The translations under genes and the position numbers were made by a program. From the NCBI GenBank assembly GCA_001600815.1, contig BCKZ01000018.1, positions 124,001-188,000 of the forward strand: a stretch of DNA of 64,000 nucleotides. Direction: 5' to 3'. A model generated the notes under the pieces. That model ran no database searches and was not told the DNA's origin. It saw only the letters and a list, made by a program, of their open reading frames with translations. The stretch is from Alloascoidea hylecoeti (taxonomy: Eukaryota). Below, one piece after another: positions 1 through 11,208 of the stretch; within the stretch, counting starts at the first letter, position 1, and every line of letters begins with the position of its first letter.

Positions 1-515
1 CTAGTCCGGTAATTGGAGAAGCCGCATAATTAGGTGAATCTGTCACATCATGATTAGAGTGTAATGACCAGAGCTTATCAAGATCTGAGTCATAATCCTC
101 CTAATCCGAAAAGACCGAAATCTCATCTGGATACATGGCAGTGGATACTACGGCAGAATCTGCAGCTCTGGCGACAGGAGGAGAAACTACAGACTCAACC
201 AAAGTGGGAGCTGGAGTGGCAACGGAACCAGTAGAAGTTTCTGAAGCAAAATCATTGGCAACAGCAGTTGGTGTAGATGATGAAGCATGAACGGAGCGAT
301 ACTCATTAAAATCAGCAGTGACTAGAGAAACAGTAGTTACAGTACTAGTAGAAGTTCCTGGAGCACCATCAACTGCAACGCCAGAAGAAGGTGCTGATGA
401 TGTTGAGGGAACGGAGCCAGGCTCAATACATTCGATATTCTAGAACAGAAGTGGTGCTTCTTGTTCTGTAAGACTTCTTGAAAGAACGAGTGTTGAGATC
501 GTTATTGAAAACCAT
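1..515 (-). pseudogene. Disrupted Ser/Thr/Pro/Ala-rich ORF running off the window edge
   Basis: ATG near 514 reads MVFNNDLNTRSFKKSYRTRSTTSV. An apparent 1-nt frameshift near 440 (gttctagaat) is followed by a long frame IECIEPGSVPSTSSAPSSG...EISVFSD*EDYDSDLDKLW with an internal TAG. GC-richer than its flanks. Confidence 0.5.
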
Positions 516-731
516 TATTAAATATAATAATTGAAAAATTTATGTAAAAGTTGAAAAATATCATTTCCTGAAAGATTTCTGTAAGCTGTTTTTATACAAT
601 TGAATATATGATAGATTAAGTTGAAAGAATTATATATGCAAATTTTTATTAGAAAATTAAGATTATGGGTGGATAAAAAAGGAACTGTAAGGTTGATTTC
701 CTACTTTTATATAATATTAGGTTAATCAACA

Positions 732-2950
732 TTAATAAGAATGATTTTGTGTTTCCAACATTTTCTTTAATGAGTCCTTAGTTTTTGAAACCGAAGAAGA
801 TTCAATATTAACATTTGAAACTATACTATGACTACTCTGTATATCAAATATACTAGAAGAGTCATTACCTTGTGATATAGTTGAATTTATATCTTGAAAT
901 TGGGAAATGATATCATTATTATCAACTGTTGATACAACGGTGGATACAGTAGTAGATGGTATTGACTTATTAAAAAATGATAAACTTGGTTTGCTTTTAA
1001 TTCCTATACTTGAAGCATGAGATGTACTGGTACGACTAGTTGATGATACTACTGTCATTGAAGTAGTTGCAGTTGAAATTGGAAATGAAGGACTAATAAA
1101 AGAGGATGAGACTTTGTACTTTTGCTTCACTCCATTATAATTTTCATTATTTGTTGTATTTGGGGTATGATCATCTATTTCTTTTTCTTTTCCTTTATGA
1201 TTTTCTGTAATTAAGTGTTTTTGATGTTTCAACTTTTCTTTTCTAATACTTGTTATGAGATCATCAAGTTCCTGTGCTTGATCAAGTCTCTCTTCTCTAG
1301 TAGTAGCAATTGATTGATTCGATGAGGTGGAAATAGTATGTTGATCTGTTTCTTTCCCAACTTCAGTGCTTACATTGTTATTATAATGCATAGTCTCAGA
1401 AGTTAAGAGGACACCTTCTGATGATTCATGAGGTTGAGAAATATATTCAAGCTCTGTTTTTGAGCCTTTATCGTGTGGTGACCCAACTTCTGATTCATCT
1501 TCTGGGTCCTCATCAGATTCTTCAACAGATTCATTTTCTCTTTTGAAGATGTCATTAAGATTACTCACGATTGGTGGATTAGCTTCTATATCACTTATAT
1601 TTTCCTCTTCGAAATCCTTATTCTTCAATGTGCGAAGTGAATGTGTATTTTCTGTAGGTTTCACTGTTGGAAATTTCGCGGTATTTGAATCATATATATC
1701 AGACCATTCGAAAAAATTAGATATGTCGCCTGGCTTTTGTAATGCTATCAGTTCGCTATTACTCTCTCCATTCCCATCATGTACTATGTCCTCATGATGC
1801 TCTTTAGCTTGAGTCGTGGTTTTGCTACTTGATTCTCGTGGTTCATTTACATCTAAATCACCGAGCAAATCTTTCTGTGCCTGTTCCAAATCATGAAGTA
1901 AATCATTCTGAGCTTTTGGAAAACTTAGCTTATGTTCAATTGAGGATTCCATCTCGTTTTCTTTCCCTTTTCCTTTCCCTTTATGCCTGTTACTCTTATG
2001 TCTACCCCGATCCCCCTGATCTGTCAACTCCGTATCCGACTGGAATATTGCATTTGAACTCGGAATTGGGGAACTACTAGAAGAGCTTGTTTCAGCACTA
2101 GCTTCAGCTTCAGATGAATCCATTTGAATATATGTAATTACACCAGTTGCTTCATCAAGCTCTTTGTGTAAATTCATATTTGCAGAAGTAATTGTTTCCA
2201 TATCAAACTGTTCCCTCTCATTTTCTAAAGCATCTAATAGTTCATTATCAGAACCATGGGCTGTAGTGTTATCATCCCCATGTCGTATTTTGTTCATAAA
2301 GTGATGTAAGTGAGGATACTGGACTTTATATGGAGAGTTCAAAGGATATAATCGATCAGATATTGGCAAGTTTCGTTCTAAATTGCATACTGAAGAAACC
2401 AGGTTGAGAATTCTGAGTTCTGTTTCATTCGCATCGTTTTGTATGACATCGACTTATGATGTTAGCATACAAATTAAAATAAATCATCCCCTTCTAATTA
2501 CATACCTTTCTTTAAAGCCTCTAGATCAGTTTTATTTTTCAAACTTCTATATTGAACAGTTCTGAAATTTATATCAATATCCGTGTGTAATCGATCAAGA
2601 CTTTCCATAAGAGTAAATTCTGTATTTCTCGCTTCATGGATCTCATCCTTCAATTCATTCCGATAATAATCAGATAATCCAATCAATGATCTTTTAAAAT
2701 TCCGATCTAGTGATTAAAAATGTTAAAATCATTAAACAAATAGATTATAAGATATGAAAATTGAAATAGTTTACATTTTCCTTTATTTTTTGTTAGGATA
2801 TCACTTAATCTAAATGAATCAATTTGTGGTAGCTCGATTGGCTCAAGTCGCTAAATTCTAATTATTAGACAACCATCAAAAATAACCATATTCAGGGATG
2901 TCAACACTCACCAAATGCTCATCTTCTGAGTCTTGACTAGTTTCTTCCAT
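732..2950 (-). CDS. Four-exon hypothetical protein (~678 aa): predicted helical/coiled-coil N-terminus and long acidic Ser/Thr-rich tail; weak recalled resemblance to the BLOC-1 subunit Vab2
   Basis: Exons 2950-2912, 2850-2775, 2706-2506 and 2452-732. Introns: 2911-2851 (GTGAGT..TAG), 2774-2707 (GTAAAC..TTTTAAC..TAG), 2505-2453 (GTATGT..GCTAAC..AAG). All phases join into one 2037-nt frame that links track ORFs 2498..2686 and 732..2369. Confidence 0.7.
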
Positions 2951-3004
2951 TTATCACTATTTTTCTCATGTATTATTGAAGGGCAATGCATATAAAACAA
3001 TATA

Positions 3005-3013
3005 GACACAAAT
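3005..3013 (+). promoter_or_regulatory. Candidate MSE (Ndt80 site) in the divergent promoter
   Basis: GACACAAAT matches gNCRCAAAW and lies between the starts at 2950 (-) and 3163 (+). Confidence 0.3.
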
Positions 3014-3162
3014 ATGGTATTATTCTTATGTCAGCGTCCATGAGCGAGCTTACGTAAGCTTAGGTGGCTTTTTGTGTTATGGGGATTTCAATTCTTTTAC
3101 TGAAAAATCAACATTGATATAATATAATGAGCATATATTCCGGAATTTTATAAGAAAACACG

Positions 3163-4220
3163 ATGAAAGATTTAAAAGAACTTATTACTTTTAGTTTTAA
3201 TTATCATATTCCCGAGACATGGTATTCGGCTGAAACTTTGGAAAAGTTGGCAGACACAAGTGTCGCTTTATCACCTATAGGAGCATATGGATGGACTATT
3301 CAAAATATGATCAAAACAAAATCTTCTGCTGGATTCTCTATAGATATCTGTGCTATAATGTTATTTGCAAGGTATGTTCTTTGCTATTGATATTTGCATT
3401 TTATTTGTAATTTGATTTTAATAGAATAATGAAACGTAGTTTTATCAAAATATGTTTTTATATCAGTGAACCTTTCGAAAAGGCAATATTAATACAATCA
3501 ATTGTTATGGTTTTAACACAGATAGTTCTTCTCAAATTGACATTACGATATAAAGAACTAATAACAGGTTCTGTACTCCCTACGAATGAGAAACCTATTC
3601 ATAAAAGTTTAACTGATGATGATGAAAAACCAGTTATTCACATTTTAATTCGTTGGAAAAATCGTTTATTAAAAATTTGGAATATGGGATTATCGGTAAC
3701 CATGATATTCCGGTTGTTCAAACATATTATACAATTATTCTTAATAGATTTAACTATGAGTTTTATACGTTTATTTGATGAATATTCAATACGACCATAT
3801 AGATTTTGGCAATGGAGATCAGAAAGAAAATATTGGAAATGTTTATTATATTCAGTTATAATCCTTTCTATTTTACAACTATTATTTGGGAAATTTCCAA
3901 AATATATTAGAGTACTTGGAATATCAAGTTTATGTTTAGAATCTTTAACACCTCTGCCTCAGATATTACTTTTGAGACATTCAAGATCCGCAAAGGGTTT
4001 AAGTATGGCTTTAATTGTAAGTTGGCTTGCTGGTGATGTTTCAAGATTACTTTATTTAATATTTGGAGCTGCCGACGAAACTAATGACATTTATCTATTT
4101 ATCATTTTTGCAATTTTACAAATTGTATTAAATGTTTATATTTTTTGTCAATATATATATTATAGCAGGATACAACGAAAACAACGGAATGAAAAAAGTA
4201 ATGAGTTACCATCTACCTAA
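3163..4220 (+). CDS. ANY1: PQ-loop membrane protein, Any1/Cfs1 (YMR010W)-like, two exons
   Basis: Exons 3163-3371 and 3440-4220, intron GTATGT...GTAG. The spliced product reads SAGFSIDICAIMLFASFIKICFYISEPFE. Second PQ loop LPQILL...SAKGLS...SWLAGD, plus a FWQW motif. Confidence 0.8.
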
Positions 4221-4401
4221 AATGAATCAACCATTTTATATACAATTGATGAACAAAAATGACTCAAATTTCTTTGGGAAGCATCGTGTTGAGGAAGTAA
4301 TACACATATTAATAATGTAGTTAATAGCCAGCTAACTACTATTAGAACTTAAATAAAAATGTCTGTTGAGCTGGCAATCAGAATGCTTTAAATTTCATTA
4401 T

Positions 4402-6645
4402 TTAATTAATTTTTTTTGCTCCAGTGGTTGTGGTTGTTTGTGGTGTCCATATTGTTGGCTTAATCTTGTTTTCCTTTTTTGAATTCACTTGTGTTTGATT
4501 TTTTAATACCTCTCTAGATCCATAAGCTCTTAAAATTGCAATAAATTCATCAACACTACCTTCATCTTCGGGATTTCCCGATAACAAACTATGTCTGTAA
4601 ATTTCATATCTTTGATTTTCAAACGATATGAATTTTCTAACCGTTTCGCTATGTGATATTTCATCGATTGAATAAGATATCCCCCAATCAGTCTTTGTGG
4701 AATTGGGCATTGGATGTTGTTGTTTAGAAAGGAATCCATCAAAATAATGTTTAACGCGAACTTTAAGCCCAATTGCATCTTTATAGCATTTACTATTTAC
4801 TTCTTCAATTTTTTCAATAGATTTTTCTCCTAAAGCTTTAATATTATCTAAAATTAATTTAACTTCATTAGAAAGAGATGTAGGTCCTGATGATAATTCT
4901 AATTGTTTTAATTTTTGTTTATCTTCTTCTGATACATGTGGTAGCGTATTAACCTTTGAAAATACTGATATAGTTTCTTCAGCCATTGGAATAGCAATAA
5001 CATTTAAAACTTCTGAATCTGATTCCCACTGAGAATTCATAATAAGTCTAAATGATTTCTTTGGAAATTTTTTAATTAACTTTTTCATTAAATCACCCCA
5101 TATTTTTAAAGATGCTTTAAATTCTTTATCTGCAATATATGGACCCATTATTTCAGCTTTATCAGTTGATGAAGTATTTGATAAAATATCTGATATATTT
5201 TTATAACTTTTATCATTAAAACTTTTATCAGCAGATATAAAAGTATGAAAAATTTGATCAATTTCATTTAATGAAATATATTGAAATCCGAATATTTCAG
5301 AAACATTATGATAAGCAATGAAAATACCATCCATATTACCAATTCTTGCTTGTAATCCATATTTTAATAATGTTGATTTAATTAAATCAAATTGTTCTCT
5401 TTCAAATGATTCAAATCTTCCAATTGTATTTTTTATTTTATAATTTGTTGGAATAATTGTTGTATAATTAATATCATGTCTTACTGAACATACTGCTCTA
5501 GTTTTTAAATCAAATACTCCAGATCCTGGTAATCTTGAATCTTGACAATCTAATTGTGATCGCATAACAAAATCACCACAAGTAGAGTAGTGATGAGTAT
5601 TTAAAGATGCTGTCTCGACATCTGAATTGCTAGATTCTCCTATCTTTAACTTTTCAAATTTAGCCTCTGGAGTTGTCAGAAATTTCTCCATTAAAAGTCC
5701 AAGAATTGATATAACGGTCTCATTTTGAAATGATTGATCACTATCAATACTATAAGTTTCAAACTCAGGTTTATAATGAACAAAAACAGACGCTGGAGAA
5801 CTAGCTGATTTTGATAAATTAGCAAATTCAGGAAAATATTTGGAAAAATGATCCAAAACCGCTGGTCGTCTATTTGATAATAAGAAATGAAATTGAGTTA
5901 AAATTCGTGTCATTGAAGATGTTGAAGAATAGAAAGTTTTACCATGTTTGCGTGCTAAACCTCCGAGTATTTTATCCTTTTCAGGTGGAGTATATGATGC
6001 TGTATATTTCTTATCTAACTTATTCAATGATGTTAAATCTTGAATATAGGGAGAGAAGTTATAAACCTGGGATCTTGGATCTTGAAGATAGTGAACTCCA
6101 GGAGAAAAAAGTACACGATCAAGATTGTGCTCTAACTTTGGAATAACTGCATTGTTAGCTACTTTCAAAGGAATCACTTCAAGATTAGATAAGCTCATAT
6201 ATTGTTTTATGTCGTTTTCTGGTTTATGACTTTTCTCATTGTTTTGTTTTTTCGTTTTATCTAAGCTCCGTGTATTATATTGTATACGTTTCTTTGATAT
6301 GTGTCTCTTGTTAAGGTTTTGGCCTATTCTTTCTTTATTCTCTTGTTGTGCCCGATTCACTTCTTCAAGCCAAGTTAATTCACTTTTTGCCGCAACTGCA
6401 TTGAGTTTTGGATCTGTTTTTGAACTGAAACTTCTTACTTGTAATTTTAGAGTTTGAGAATTTGAAGATCTTTCAGATTTTGTATTAAACATAGATAATC
6501 TCTGATAATGATGATATGAAACATTCCTAACCGTTTTCTTAAGAATTAGCCTTTTTGAAAAGGTTTGTAGATATGCATAAGGTAAGAGCACTTGAGATTT
6601 GGAATCAAGAGTCAAACATACCCTCTGGGGTATTCTAAAACTCAT
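4402..6645 (-). CDS. PET127: Mitochondrial RNA-processing protein Pet127
   Basis: Motifs LEHNLDRVLFSPGVHYLQDPRSQVYNF, SSTSSMT, MRSQLDCQDSRLPGSGVFDLKTRAV and QARIGNMDGIFIAYHN. Basic presequence-like N-terminus; first ATG at 6645. Confidence 0.92.
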   Translation of the reverse strand: MSFRIPQRVCLTLDSKSQVLLPYAYLQTFSKRLILKKTVRNVSYHHYQRLSMFNTKSERSSNSQTLKLQVRSFSSKTDPKLNAVAAKSELTWLEEVNRAQQENKERIGQNLNKRHISKKRIQYNTRSLDKTKKQNNEKSHKPENDIKQYMSLSNLEVIPLKVANNAVIPKLEHNLDRVLFSPGVHYLQDPRSQVYNFSPYIQDLTSLNKLDKKYTASYTPPEKDKILGGLARKHGKTFYSSTSSMTRILTQFHFLLSNRRPAVLDHFSKYFPEFANLSKSASSPASVFVHYKPEFETYSIDSDQSFQNETVISILGLLMEKFLTTPEAKFEKLKIGESSNSDVETASLNTHHYSTCGDFVMRSQLDCQDSRLPGSGVFDLKTRAVCSVRHDINYTTIIPTNYKIKNTIGRFESFEREQFDLIKSTLLKYGLQARIGNMDGIFIAYHNVSEIFGFQYISLNEIDQIFHTFISADKSFNDKSYKNISDILSNTSSTDKAEIMGPYIADKEFKASLKIWGDLMKKLIKKFPKKSFRLIMNSQWESDSEVLNVIAIPMAEETISVFSKVNTLPHVSEEDKQKLKQLELSSGPTSLSNEVKLILDNIKALGEKSIEKIEEVNSKCYKDAIGLKVRVKHYFDGFLSKQQHPMPNSTKTDWGISYSIDEISHSETVRKFISFENQRYEIYRHSLLSGNPEDEGSVDEFIAILRAYGSREVLKNQTQVNSKKENKIKPTIWTPQTTTTTGAKKIN

Positions 6646-7718
6646 ATCCTTAAATATCAATAATAAGAAATAATTTATATGAAAGTTTTAAATTTAAACT
6701 AATAATGTGGAATATTTTTCACTTCACATAAAGTACATCCATACACCCATATACAAACAAAATTTAGTTCAATTATGGTCGAACTTAAGTGTAATGACTG
6801 ATGGTAAATTCACCAATAAGTTTATTATAAATACCCAATTCCCTGGTTTCAAGACTGAACTATGATGCTTTATATTTGTGCAAGATTAATACTGAATGTA
6901 ATGAGTTCTTTAAAATGTTAAAAAATATTAGTTATAATGTTCGATCTTTAGGTCTCTTAAGAAATTTTATAGGAATATCTTACGCTCAAATCCAAATCAA
7001 TGGAGTAATATTAGTATAATACAATTTAATCATTATTATCAGAACCTGACAAAACACGATTTATCAAGAATGATTAAACAAATTCAAAGATTATTACTAG
7101 AACTATTATTAATAGTAATTCCAATAGCATTTTAGATATTTTTGTAAATAAGATCTATTATAGAAGCTTAGTTAGTTCAATATTATATATTAATTTTTTT
7201 AAGTGGGTCTAGAGCTGAGATGATTTCTGAGATGATTTTTGTAACAAATAAACTAGCAAGATATAGTTGAGCCCAATCAAGAACTTCTAAATTCACGCAA
7301 AAGAATCATTCGCCATCCCTATCATACAAGGCAGTTATATTAGTTGCATGTATATCAGAGAAGTTTAATAAGAGCCATCCTTTTAGTGTTTTGAAAAGGT
7401 TGATGATCAATCTATTTTTCGTTCGACCAGTCTTTGCAATAAACTGCTGTGGTGGATTATTCTGGTTTAATAACCTCCAAAACACGGTAACAACATCTAC
7501 AATCGAAGCTGAATCTTTTATTACATCAAGCACTATAATAATATAAGAACAATATTGTTTCAATTATGTTATAAATTTTAAAATGTAAGATATAATTATA
7601 AGTTATCCAATTCATTTCTATGTTAATACAAATAAGCTTAAATATGAAATAGAAAAATTATACTTGGTTAAGAACATGTTAAAAAAGAAGATGATGATTA
7701 CCCTTGATTATATCAACT

Positions 7719-8587
7719 GATAAGAATAATAATGATATGTTAACTAAAACATTAAGCAAGGGAAAGGGAAAGGAAATTGAGTTCAAAAAACCAATGTAGT
7801 TATACAAACTGTAACCAATTTAAATTGAAGGGATTAATTAATATAAACTTATCCATCAACGTAGATGATTCATGACTTTCGGACGAGTTTTTGGAATTTT
7901 TAATTGATTCATAGGTAGTAGGATATTTAGGTATTTATCATACCGATAATCCTTTTTTATAAGGCGGTAAATAGTTTTAAGATAAAGCAACAAGGAGAAG
8001 TAGTGGGGTAAAGAGATCAAAAAATGCATATTCGAAACATCCCATTTAATTTTATGATAGAAACTATAGCTGTATTACTATATTTAAGAACTATAAACTA
8101 AACAAAACATATAATGCTATGGTGCCACACGTATGAATATCATTTTTATTGCTGGATTTCCAGAACAAAATTATAAACTTGAAAAAATAAATTCTTCTTT
8201 TAAATCTCAACGAAAATCATTGCATATGAGATCAAAGCTTAGTATTCAAATCATCCAATCATATTGAGATATGTTTACTAATCGGCAGGGGATACTGCGG
8301 CATAAGCCAAAAAGGGTAATTAAGTAGGAGCATATACATTTGCATATAGATTGTGTGAAATTCATCCCCGGCGGTTTGGAATTGTTAAAATTCCATATTC
8401 TTAGAATCCTTTATATAATACAATATGGAGCAGATCTCGGTCAGATCGCTGATCTAAACAAATTGAGACACATAAATCTAAAGGTTGTAGGAGGAGGAAT
8501 ATATCGAAGGATCAAGAGCCACATGAACTTAATAACCGAATTCGATTATTATTGCAGATATTTTTTTTCATGACAGCTACTGATAAG
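7719..8587. promoter_or_regulatory. GATAAG (Gln3/Gat1, nitrogen catabolite repression) sites upstream of the GAP1-like permease
   Basis: GATAAG at 7719 and 8582, CTTATC at 7848, and further GATAA/TTATC cores between 7930 and 8800. Confidence 0.4.
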
Positions 8588-8979
8588 CATACAATTAAAG
8601 CAACCTTTTTTTATTCAGTTTATTTTCTATTTGAGTTATACCTTATAAATTAAAGGGAACGCACATAAGACAGGTGCATGTTATCGATATGGTGGTATGT
8701 CTAATTATATGTAATGGTGTTGATAGATTAATTAGGGTTCATTCCTCAAAAAGGTCATTCCGTTTCGGTTTGAAACTTTAATATATCACTCTTTATCAAA
8801 AAGTAGCAAGATTTTCTTAAACAATTGACTAGTTCATTATGCCTTCCAGATTATACATATAGCGGTTAATTTGAGGCTTAATAGCCTTACATTCTAGTAG
8901 ATATTATTATAAAGCCCACTGAATATCGTTGAAAACTATTTTTTTGGAAATATTGTAATTAGATTTGTGAAATCCAGTA

Positions 8980-10710
8980 ATGGCAACTGATTATAAAGGT
9001 GACCCAAATGTTGACTCTACCAATGTTGGCAGTGAAGGGGGTGTAACCGAAATTCAACAAGTTGGAAAATGGCAAGCATTCAAAGATTCTTTTAAACAAT
9101 ACGAATATGAAGCTGTAGACCCATCACTTTCTGATGTTGAAAAGGCAGCCATTGCAACCACAAGATCACCATTAGCAAGAAAATTGAAGAATAGACATAT
9201 TCAGATGATTGCAATTGGTGGTGCCATTGGAACAGGTCTTTTCATTGGTTCGGGAGGAGCATTAGCTACAGGTGGTCCAGCTGGTCTTCTTATTGCTTGG
9301 TTATTAATTGGTATTATGATTTACTGTACTGTTCAAGCTTTAGGTGAATTAGCAGTCGCATTCCCAATTTCTGGTGCCTTTTCAGTATTTTCAAGTAGAT
9401 TTATTTCTCCATCTTGGGGTTTTGCAATGGGTTGGAATTATGCTCTTCAATGGCTTATTGTTTTACCTTTAGAACTTGTTGCTGCATCAATTACTATTCA
9501 TTATTGGAATTCTAAAATTAATTCAGTTGCTTGGGTAGCTATATTTTATGTTTTCATTGTTGCTATTAATTTCTTTGGAGTTAAAGGTTACGGTGAAGCT
9601 GAATTTATTTTTTCAATAATTAAAGTTATTGCAGTTGTTGGTTTTATTTTCTTAGGAGTTATTTTAGTTTGTGGTGGTGGACCACAAGGTGGTTATATTG
9701 GAGGTAAGTATTGGCATCATCCAGGTGCTTTTGCACATGGTTTTAAAGGTGTTTGTTCTGTCTTTGTTACAGCAGCTTTTTCATTTGGTGGAACTGAATT
9801 AGTTGGTTTAGCAGCTGCTGAAACTGAAAATCCAAGAAAATCTTTACCAAAGGCAACAAAACAAGTTTTTTGGAGAATTACATTATTCTATATTATTTCT
9901 TTAGCTTTAATTGGATTATTAGTTGCTTATGATGATCCTAAATTAGCATCAGGAAAAACACCTTATGATGCTGCAGCTTCACCATTTGTTATTTCTATCA
10001 GAAATGCTGGAATCAAGGGTCTTCCATCTGTTATGAATGTTGTTATTATGATTGCTGTATTATCTGTTGGTAACTCGGCTGTTTTCGGATGTTCTAGAAC
10101 TTTAGCTGCTCTTGGAGCTCAAGGACAAGGACCAAAGATTTTGGCATATGTTGATAGAAGTGGAAGACCTTTAGTTGGTGTTGGTTGCACATTATTTGTA
10201 GGATTATTATGTTTTGTTTCAGCTTCAGATAAACAAAGTAAAGTTTTCAGTTGGTTACTTGCTTTATCTGGTTTATCTTCTGTCTTTACTTGGGGTTCAA
10301 TATGCTTTGCACATATCAGATTTAGAGCTGCTTTATCTGCTCATGGTAGAGGAATAGATGAATTAGCATTTACTTCACAAGCTGGTGTTTATGGTTCTTG
10401 GTTTGGATTAATTCTTAACATTTTAGTTCTTATTGCTCAATTCTGGACAGCATTATATCCAATTGGTCAATCACCAGATGCTTCTGCTTTCTTTCAATCT
10501 TATCTTGCTGCTCCAGTAATTTTAGCTTTCTGGATCTTTTATAAAATTTGGAAGAAGGAAAAACAATGGTATATTCCTTTAGCTGATGTTAATCTTGATA
10601 TAGGTAGAAGAAATTTTGATTTGGATTTATTTAAACAAGAAGTTGCTGAAGAAAGAAGTTATATAGCTTCAAAACCATGGTATATCAGAACTTTTAAATT
10701 CTGGTGTTAA
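8980..10710 (+). CDS. GAP1: General amino-acid permease (YAT/APC family), Gap1-like
   Basis: LKNRHIQMIAIGGAIGTGLF, GVKGYGEAEF, FSFGGTELVGLAAAETENPRK and the C-terminal FWC motif. Confidence 0.88.
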   Translation: MATDYKGDPNVDSTNVGSEGGVTEIQQVGKWQAFKDSFKQYEYEAVDPSLSDVEKAAIATTRSPLARKLKNRHIQMIAIGGAIGTGLFIGSGGALATGGPAGLLIAWLLIGIMIYCTVQALGELAVAFPISGAFSVFSSRFISPSWGFAMGWNYALQWLIVLPLELVAASITIHYWNSKINSVAWVAIFYVFIVAINFFGVKGYGEAEFIFSIIKVIAVVGFIFLGVILVCGGGPQGGYIGGKYWHHPGAFAHGFKGVCSVFVTAAFSFGGTELVGLAAAETENPRKSLPKATKQVFWRITLFYIISLALIGLLVAYDDPKLASGKTPYDAAASPFVISIRNAGIKGLPSVMNVVIMIAVLSVGNSAVFGCSRTLAALGAQGQGPKILAYVDRSGRPLVGVGCTLFVGLLCFVSASDKQSKVFSWLLALSGLSSVFTWGSICFAHIRFRAALSAHGRGIDELAFTSQAGVYGSWFGLILNILVLIAQFWTALYPIGQSPDASAFFQSYLAAPVILAFWIFYKIWKKEKQWYIPLADVNLDIGRRNFDLDLFKQEVAEERSYIASKPWYIRTFKFWC

Positions 10711-11180
10711 ATATTTAAATATTACCTACTTATATTATTTTATGATTTCTGTTTTAATTTGATTTACAATGTATCATAAAATCTGAGCTATTATTCTAAT
10801 GAAACATAGAGCGACCTAATTTCAGTGTTAATTAATATATTATCTACGACATTTAATTGTAATTAAAAATAAGTTGATGTATTTAATATAGGTACCTATC
10901 TTGGAGAAGAAATTTATATTAAACTAACATAATTTGATTTGTGGTTATACGTTATGAAAGGTGTACGTACTATAACGGATCGTATGCCAGTAGTAGCTCA
11001 TCACACATTAGGAGAATTTAGGACTTGTTTGTAATAGCCAACCCAATTGGGTCCGACATAGTTTGAACAAGATTATATTACACAGTCAATTACATTAAGT
11101 GTAATTGACATTTTTAAACTTTTATACCATCTTAACGTTAATGGTTAAAATATAAAAAAGGCTTTAACATACATATTTTA

Positions 11181-11208
11181 TAACTAATAACTAATAACTA
11201 ATAACTAA
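11181..11208. repeat. (TAACTAA)x4 heptamer overlapping the permease stop codon
   Basis: taactaataactaataactaataactaa read directly. Confidence 0.9.

Noticed and set aside
1543..6457. Small ORFs nested in or antisense to real genes (1543, 1829, 2383, 4132, 4530, 5874, 6239, and similar ones later)
   Set aside because: Shadow frames of longer, motif-supported CDSs.
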